DNA of 64,000 bases, taken from positions 128,001 to 192,000 of the forward strand of contig CAWCKJ010000003.1 in NCBI GenBank assembly GCA_963796105.1, given 5' to 3'. This DNA is from a candidate division FCPU426 bacterium. GTDB taxonomy: Bacteria; Oederibacteriota; Muellerivitia; Muellerivitales; Muellerivitaceae. Position numbers and translations under genes: made by a program. Numbering within the stretch: position 1 is the first letter of the stretch; the number at the start of each line of letters is the position of its first letter. A model generated the notes under the pieces. That model was not told the DNA's origin. It saw nothing but the letters and a program-made list of their open reading frames with translations, and did not search any database. Positions 58,004 through 64,000 of this stretch are shown here, one piece after another.

Positions 58004-60349
58004 GTGACAAAAGCGAAAAAAGTAAAAAAAGTCTCAATGAAAAAATTGGTGATTGTCGAGTCGCCTTCCAAGGCCAAGACCATCAATAAGTATCTCGGGT
58101 CCGATTTTTTAGTTTTAGCGTCCAAGGGCCACTTGATTGACCTTCCTAAAAGCAAGCTGGGCGTCGATTTGGAAAATAATTTCGAGCCCCTTTACATCAA
58201 CATCCGCGGTAAAGCCCCCATTATCAATGAGCTCAAAAAAGCCTCCCAAAAAGCCTCTGTCGTCTATCTCGCGACGGACCCCGACCGGGAGGGGGAAGCC
58301 ATTGGATGGCACATCAAGAACTTTTTATCCGCGTTAGCCATCACGCCCCCCATGTACAGGCTCCGCTTGAATGAGATCACCAAGAACGCCATCGAGGCCG
58401 CGATCGAGAAACCTGATGAGATGAACATGAATATGGTCAACGCCCAGCAAGCCAGGCGGGTGTTGGACCGGTTGGTGGGTTACGGCATTTCTCCCATACT
58501 TCAAAGCACTATCCGCAGAGGCCTTTCAGCCGGCCGCGTCCAATCCGTCGCCCTTCGGCTTATCTACGAGCGGGAAAAGGAGATCGAGGGTTTCAAGCCT
58601 GTCGAGTATTGGAGCCTGGAAGCCGATTTCTTGACAGACGATGGAAGACTCATCCGGACCAAGCTTTCCAAGGTGAACGGTGAAAAGCCGGACTTGAAGA
58701 CGCAGGAGGAAACCCTCAACCTGATCAAGCGTTTGGAGGGGGTTGATTTCAAGGTTTCTGCTGTTCTTCACCGGGAGAAATCAAAAAAACCGCCCATGCC
58801 TTTCACGACCTCCAAACTCCAGCAAGAGTCCTATAAAAGGCTTCATTTTGGAGCCCGAAAAACCATGTCAATCGCCCAGGGTTTGTATGAGGGTGTGGAA
58901 ATAGGGGAATCGGGGCCTGTTGGCCTTATCACTTATATGAGGACGGACTCCCGCCGGCTCTCGCCTGAATTCAAGGCGGAAACATCAAAATATATAGGCG
59001 AAACCTACGGCGAGAAATACCTGGGACCCGGCGACCGGGATACCTCCAGCAAGGGAAAGATCCAGGACGCCCATGAGGCCATACGGCCCACGTCCATCTA
59101 TAGAAGCCCGGATAAAATGAAGCCATTCCTGACCCCGGAACAATTCAAGCTTTACCAGCTGATTTGGGAGGATTGTTTGGCTAGCCAGATGGCTAACGCG
59201 CTTTACCGGGAAACCACTATTGAAATAAGCGGCGGGGAAGCCCTTTTCCGGGCGACCGGCACCGAGACTCTTTTTGAGGGTTTCACCAAGGTTTATGAGG
59301 AAGCCGCCGATGAGGATAAGAAGCCTGAGAATTCGGAGGCTGATGAGACTGAAGAGGTAAACCCAAACAAGCTATCGGGAATTGAGGAAGGGCAGGATAT
59401 GGAGTGGAAAGAACCCATACCTCAACAGCATTTCACCCAGCCTCCCCCCAGGTTTACTGACGCCTCCATGGTGAAAACTTTGGAAGAGCTGGGGATCGGA
59501 AGGCCTTCCACCTACGCCCCCACGCTTGAAACCATCCAAGCCCGGCACTACGTTAAAAAAGATGGCGGAAGGTTTTTCCTGGAGGAATTGGGAAACCTGG
59601 TATTGGGCCTTTTGCTGAAAAATTTCCCTCAAATTTTGGAATACGCCTTTACCGCCAAAATGGAATCGGAATTGGACCAGGTGGAATCGGGCGACAAGGA
59701 ATGGCGGAAAATCATCGGGGAATTTTACGAGCCCTTCAAGGGAACCTTGGCTGAGGCCGAGAAATTAATGGGCGAGGAGAAATCGAAAATCGAGCAGGTG
59801 ACGGATATCCCCTGCGAAAAATGCGGCCAACCCATGATCGTGAAGTGGGGGCGGCACGGCAAATTCCTCGCTTGCTCAAAATATCCCGAGTGCCAGTCCA
59901 CCAAAAGCCTGAAGGAGACCTCCGATGGCTCCATTCAAGTGGATACGGACGTTATAACTAACGAGAAATGCCCGAAATGCGAAAGCCCTATGGTCGTCAA
60001 AATGGGACGGTTCGGGAAGTTCCTGGCTTGCTCGAAGTACCCGGAATGCAAGACGGCCAAGCCCATCTCCCTCAATATCCCGTGCCCGCTGGGCTGCGGG
60101 GGGGAAGTGGTGACCCGGCGCGCGTTCAGGGGCACGGTATTTTACGGTTGCAACAAATACCCCGCCTGCCAATTCCGCTCCTGGAACAAGCCGGTCCTTC
60201 GGCCTTGCCCGCAATGCAACAACCCTTTTCTGGTGGAAAAATACACAAAGACACTAGGGGCCCATATTTCCTGCCCGAACAAGGAATGCGAATATAAGGA
60301 ATTTCCGAAAACAGAGGAAGGCCCTGTCGCCCAGCCCACCGCTACGTAA
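58004..60349 (+). CDS. topA: DNA topoisomerase I with C-terminal zinc ribbons
   Basis: IVESPSKAKTI, ATDPDREGE, SAGRVQS, ITYMRTDS, AHEAIRP, GIGRPST, repeated C..C zinc ribbons. Start 58004 (GTG) or 58037 (ATG). Confidence 0.98.
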   Translation: MTKAKKVKKVSMKKLVIVESPSKAKTINKYLGSDFLVLASKGHLIDLPKSKLGVDLENNFEPLYINIRGKAPIINELKKASQKASVVYLATDPDREGEAIGWHIKNFLSALAITPPMYRLRLNEITKNAIEAAIEKPDEMNMNMVNAQQARRVLDRLVGYGISPILQSTIRRGLSAGRVQSVALRLIYEREKEIEGFKPVEYWSLEADFLTDDGRLIRTKLSKVNGEKPDLKTQEETLNLIKRLEGVDFKVSAVLHREKSKKPPMPFTTSKLQQESYKRLHFGARKTMSIAQGLYEGVEIGESGPVGLITYMRTDSRRLSPEFKAETSKYIGETYGEKYLGPGDRDTSSKGKIQDAHEAIRPTSIYRSPDKMKPFLTPEQFKLYQLIWEDCLASQMANALYRETTIEISGGEALFRATGTETLFEGFTKVYEEAADEDKKPENSEADETEEVNPNKLSGIEEGQDMEWKEPIPQQHFTQPPPRFTDASMVKTLEELGIGRPSTYAPTLETIQARHYVKKDGGRFFLEELGNLVLGLLLKNFPQILEYAFTAKMESELDQVESGDKEWRKIIGEFYEPFKGTLAEAEKLMGEEKSKIEQVTDIPCEKCGQPMIVKWGRHGKFLACSKYPECQSTKSLKETSDGSIQVDTDVITNEKCPKCESPMVVKMGRFGKFLACSKYPECKTAKPISLNIPCPLGCGGEVVTRRAFRGTVFYGCNKYPACQFRSWNKPVLRPCPQCNNPFLVEKYTKTLGAHISCPNKECEYKEFPKTEEGPVAQPTAT

Positions 60350-60457
60350 CTGATTTAACAGCGGTTTCAGTGATCCGTTTAATGGATCGGTAAAAAACAA
60401 GAGTTAGATACATCAAGTGAAGAAGAAAAACCTTCGAGAACAAAGGTATTTTTGCCT

Positions 60458-60607
60458 GTCATTGCGAACCGCGAACTTTGCGGTGAAGCAACCTAAGTTC
60501 ATGGATGGTTTAAAGCTGTGGATTTTGCCAAGGGTAATAATTTTTTTTAAACTGGGGTTGCTTCGTCATAATCACCCCGCTATTCGCGGGGCATTTCTCG
60601 CAATGAC
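60458..60607. repeat. REP/RPE-like nested palindromic element
   Basis: GTCATTGCGA...GAAGCAACC...GGTTGCTTC...CCCCGC-TATTC-GCGGGG...TCGCAATGAC. Confidence 0.75.
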
Positions 60608-60715
60608 GAAATAGTCGATACCCATGGGTTTTGAATTTCATCTAATTTTGAAGATGGTCCAAAATTTTAAGATATCTAGTTTTTACAAATAATTTTCGTT
60701 TTTTAAAGGCATGAC

Positions 60716-61579
60716 ATGAAAGACTCCATCCGGAAAGCCCAAATACTGGTTGAGGCTTTTCCTTACATCCGCCAATGGTTCGGGGCCACCGTGGTCGTAA
60801 AATACGGGGGCAGCACCCGCGCTGGGGCTGAGGAATTAAAGACAACCCTTCAAGACATTATTTTGATGAAGTTCGTCGGGATGAGGCCGGTCGTGGTCCA
60901 TGGGGGTGGAAAGGACATTACGCGCCTAACTGAAAAATTGGGAATCCATTCCCAATTCGTGGACGGACTGCGTGTTACTGATTTGCCGACCATGGAAGTG
61001 GTCGAGATGGTGCTCGGCGGAAAAATCAATAAAGAGTTGGTCAGCATGATCCACCATCTTGGCGGGCAAGCGGTCGGGCTGTCGGGGAAAGACGGCGCCA
61101 TGCTGGAGGCTTCCAGGGTGACCTCCAAAACCGGGAAAGATATCGGCTTTGTGGGAAAAGTCTCTAAGGTGAATACGGCCATATTAGAGATCCTGGATAA
61201 GGAGCAATTCATTCCCGTTATCGCACCCTTAGGGTTGGGAAAAGACGGCAACACTTATAACATCAACGCGGATGAGGCCGCAGGCGCAATCGCCGGGGCT
61301 TTGAAAGCCGCGAAACTAGTTTTTTTAACCGATGTTCCCGGCATCTGCAAGAATAAAGAAAACCCCAAAAGCCTCCTTTCAACCGTGAAAGTGAAGGATG
61401 TGGTAAAGCTCATCAAGTCGGGGGTGATTGAGGGGGGAATGATTCCGAAAGTAGAGGCTTGCCTTTCGGCCCTGAAGTCGGGGGTGAAGAAAACCCACAT
61501 TATCAACGGAACTCTTTCACACGCTTTATTATTGGAAATTTTCACCCCTGAGGGTGTTGGAACCGAAATAATACCGTAA
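60716..61579 (+). CDS. argB: Acetylglutamate kinase
   Basis: VVKYGG, VVVHGGG, GLRVTD, NINAD, LTDVPG, GGMIPK. Confidence 0.97.
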   Translation: MKDSIRKAQILVEAFPYIRQWFGATVVVKYGGSTRAGAEELKTTLQDIILMKFVGMRPVVVHGGGKDITRLTEKLGIHSQFVDGLRVTDLPTMEVVEMVLGGKINKELVSMIHHLGGQAVGLSGKDGAMLEASRVTSKTGKDIGFVGKVSKVNTAILEILDKEQFIPVIAPLGLGKDGNTYNINADEAAGAIAGALKAAKLVFLTDVPGICKNKENPKSLLSTVKVKDVVKLIKSGVIEGGMIPKVEACLSALKSGVKKTHIINGTLSHALLLEIFTPEGVGTEIIP

Positions 61580-61640
61580 CATTCCCGCAATCCCGGATTT
61601 ATTCAACCGCTTGATAGTTACCCGCCCTAAATTCTACCTG

Positions 61641-61649
61641 TGGTATAAT
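61641..61649 (+). promoter_or_regulatory. Extended -10 promoter for nrdR
   Basis: TGGTATAAT about 40 nt upstream of the ATG. Confidence 0.5.
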
Positions 61650-61690
61650 CACGCTCGTGGCAAAATCTACAACAGGTTGAGGTTCAAAAC

Positions 61691-62149
61691 ATGAAGTGCC
61701 CTTTCTGCGGACATCAAGAAGATAAAGTGATGGATTCAAGGCCCAGCAAAGGCGGGTCAGCGATCCGACGTAGGCGTGAATGCCTTAAATGCGAGAAACG
61801 CTTCACGACTTACGAGCAAATCGAGGAAATCCTTCCCATGGTCGTCAAGAGAGACGGCCGCCGTGAGCCTTTTGACCGTTTGAAGATCGTCGCCGGTATC
61901 AGAAAAGCGGTAGAGAAGCGGCCTGTTTCGTCCGAAAGGATCGAAGCTTTGGTTGATGATATCGAGAATAATCTCATGGAGAGGACAGCCAAGGAAATCA
62001 ATTCCACGGAAGTTGGCGAAATGGTGATCCGAAGACTGCAAGACCTGGATGACGTGGCCTACGTCCGCTTTGCCAGCGTTTACCGCCAATTCAAGGATAT
62101 CAACGCCTTTATGGACGAAGTCAAGAAACTCTTGGCACGACGATCCTGA
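61691..62149 (+). CDS. nrdR: Transcriptional repressor NrdR
   Basis: MKCPFC, IRRRREC..C..RFTTYE, ATP cone, [10 protein letters not shown]. Confidence 0.98.
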   Translation: MKCPFCGHQEDKVMDSRPSKGGSAIRRRRECLKCEKRFTTYEQIEEILPMVVKRDGRREPFDRLKIVAGIRKAVEKRPVSSERIEALVDDIENNLMERTAKEINSTEVGEMVIRRLQDLDDVAYVRFASVYRQFKDINAFMDEVKKLLARRS

Positions 62150-62283
62150 GTTATTCCCGCAATTTCAATTCTGTTTTTTTGATTACCTTAAAGGCACTAT
62201 CAATATTCATTGTCTTAACCGTGTGGCGCTTGCGCCCAATTAAGTTGCCGCTGGTTTTAAATTGTTAAACTATGTAGTTTCCC

Positions 62284-62328
62284 CTACAGGGTTTTTGTGG
62301 CTCCAAAGGAACCTGTGGTAATTTTTTT
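62284..62328 (+). terminator. Hairpin plus T tract between nrdR and DUF1015
   Basis: CTACAGG..TTTTTG / CAAAGG..CCTGTGG followed by TAATTTTTTT. Confidence 0.4.
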
Positions 62329-62389
62329 ATTTATTAGTAGTTCTTATTCCGTTTAAATCTCATTTAAAACAAAATGAAAGGTTGATTCT

Positions 62390-63700
62390 ATGGCGAATGT
62401 TTTTCCATTTCGGGGACAGCGTTACCAGTTAAATTCCTTTTCTAACTTGGGAAAGGTTCTAGCCCCGCCTTACGATGTGATCACACCTTCCCAGAAAAAA
62501 GAACTCCAGGCTTCCAGTCCCTATAACGTCATCCGGCTCATTCTTGGAAACCCCAGCCATGAAACCCATAAGAACGCTGATTATTCAGGCTCAGGAAAAA
62601 CTTATTCCGCCTGGAAAAAATCAGGCATCCTGAAAAGAGATGGGGAACCATCCATTTATATTTACCAACAGTCTTTTCTCATCAACAAGCGGTTGTTCAA
62701 AAGAACCGGATTTATCGGTTTGTCGAAGTTGACCCCCTTCGGGCAAAAAAAAGGCGGCATACTGGCTCATGAGCATACATTGAGCGGGCCCAAGGCAGAC
62801 CGCTTGCGCCTTATGAAAGCCGCCCACGCGAATTTCAGTTGTATCTTTTCACTCTATCCGGACAAAAACGGGGTTGGTAAACTTCTTGCGAATATGACAG
62901 CCCATAAACCTGATACCATCGTTGAATTTCCGAAGGGAGTGAATAACTGGGTCTGGAAAGTTTCAGATGCCAAGTGGATCAACGAATTGCGGAAAAAAAT
63001 TAAAAACCAGACTTTATTCATCGCCGATGGTCACCATCGCTATGAAACGGCGCTCAATTACCAAAGTTTCAGGTCCGTGGGCAGGAAGTATAAAATCGGA
63101 ACTGAACCCTTTGATTTCGTCATGATGATGTTCGTTGCGATGGAAGATCCTGGTTTGGTAATTCTGCCGACCCACCGGATGCTTCCGAAAGAACTGGTGA
63201 AATCCCCAGCTTCACTGCTGAGTTATATTTCCTCCATTGGGGAAGTGACCCAATACAAGGGTAACCTGACCGGATTGGGCCCTTGGAATTGGATGAAAAG
63301 CTTGGGGAAAAAGAAAATCACTTTGGGTCTTTCCTTTGACGGGAAAAAACTTTATGCCATCCAATTCAATGAAAGGATATTGCAATCACCCTTGTTGAAA
63401 GATGCTTCCGCCGCCCAAAAAAAATTGGATGTCACTTTTCTGCACAGCCTGATCCTCGAACCTTTTTATGGCATCACCCGGGAAAAGGTTGAAAAGGAAT
63501 TGTCTTTTACCAGTAAGGCTGAAGAGGCGGTGGAACAGCTGAGGAAAAAGAAATTCGGGTCGGTTTTTTTCTTGAATCCGACCCGGATCGAGCAACTGAG
63601 GGAAGTGGCAATGAATAGGGAGCGTATGCCCCAAAAATCCACGTACTTTTATCCCAAACTCGTCACAGGCCTGGTTTTTAATGATTTGGATTCGTTTTGA
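62390..63700 (+). CDS. DUF1015 family protein
   Basis: APPYDVI, HEHT, IADGHHRYETA, ILPTHR, MPQKSTYFYPK. Confidence 0.93.
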   Translation: MANVFPFRGQRYQLNSFSNLGKVLAPPYDVITPSQKKELQASSPYNVIRLILGNPSHETHKNADYSGSGKTYSAWKKSGILKRDGEPSIYIYQQSFLINKRLFKRTGFIGLSKLTPFGQKKGGILAHEHTLSGPKADRLRLMKAAHANFSCIFSLYPDKNGVGKLLANMTAHKPDTIVEFPKGVNNWVWKVSDAKWINELRKKIKNQTLFIADGHHRYETALNYQSFRSVGRKYKIGTEPFDFVMMMFVAMEDPGLVILPTHRMLPKELVKSPASLLSYISSIGEVTQYKGNLTGLGPWNWMKSLGKKKITLGLSFDGKKLYAIQFNERILQSPLLKDASAAQKKLDVTFLHSLILEPFYGITREKVEKELSFTSKAEEAVEQLRKKKFGSVFFLNPTRIEQLREVAMNRERMPQKSTYFYPKLVTGLVFNDLDSF

Positions 63701-63834
63701 AAGGCTGTTGAAAAGGCACGGCCTGTCCCCTGAAGTTGCTTGTCTATCGAAGCTTTAGCGAAGGTAGATAACGGAAGGGGATCAACCCCTCCTATATCAA
63801 ATATAATCTTTTTAAAATTGTTGGAGCATAAGTC

Positions 63835-64000
63835 GTGAGGTTTAAGAATTTAAGCCGTAAAAATATTCCTAAAGAGCTTTGGTATTCATTGGCAGCCGGT
63901 ATGAATTTGAATTCTGTTCTTCCTGGATCTATAAACGATAGTTATATGTATGGGCCTTACAATAAGTTGAGTGTTCGAATAAATCCCGAGCGAAACAAAC
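63835..64000 (+). CDS. Possible 3'-truncated AT-rich hypothetical ORF
   Basis: GGAG RBS, GTG at 63835, open to the window end (MRFKNLSRKNIPKELWYSLAAG...). Confidence 0.35.
   Translation, partial: MRFKNLSRKNIPKELWYSLAAGMNLNSVLPGSINDSYMYGPYNKLSVRINPERNK

Noticed and set aside
60417..60614. 65-aa ORF between topA and argB
   Set aside because: It coincides with the palindromic repeat and has no coding hallmarks.
60716..61579. argB as the target explaining the P-II gene
   Set aside because: It lies 12 kb away in a separate transcription unit; P-II control of NAGK is established mainly in cyanobacteria and plants and cannot be inferred here.
62267..62280. NrdR box downstream of nrdR
   Set aside because: The palindrome spacing (C-N6-G) does not fit the 16-bp NrdR consensus, and there is no tandem copy.

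Overview
Bacterial chromosomal segment, almost entirely + strand, from what looks like a poorly characterised diderm lineage. The C-terminal 'PNP...IYTTAFRKV...LANGLYY' domain recalls candidate-phylum FCPU426-type genomes, but that is a weak inference. 1-9.8 kb is mostly housekeeping: der-plsY-gpsA-IHF/HU-merR, 2 tRNA-Pro, acylphosphatase, a group-2 sigma-70, apt and tRNA-Arg, preceded by a catalytically dead FabD homologue. 9.8-22.6 kb is accessory: aminotransferase, YbhB, a complete IS1380-family element with 15-bp IRs and 5-bp TSD, a secreted S8 protease, an orphan C-protein-like XRE with an operator, a methyltransferase, YihY, an MFS transporter and a GT-C protein. 22.7-37 kb has GH57+glgB, GAF-GGDEF, accA, a degenerate amidase+GerMN pair and valS-nadC-birA-coaX. 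The most striking part is 39.8-56.7 kb, a ~17 kb receptor-less chemosensory locus. It contains a PilT/PilU ATPase fused to ~400 aa of TPRs, a TsaP/FlgT-like protein, CheR, two large TPR proteins, an MshEN-CheW fusion, a P-II protein with a remodelled 2-oxoglutarate pocket, CheY-CheC-CheD-CheW-CheY-CheB-CheA-CheC, and a degenerate GGDEF protein with an intact I-site. This is a candidate c-di-GMP- and metabolite-gated controller of type IV pili. The window ends with dprA-topA, a REP/RPE-like palindrome, argB-nrdR and DUF1015. All calls come from motif recognition by eye; no searches were run.
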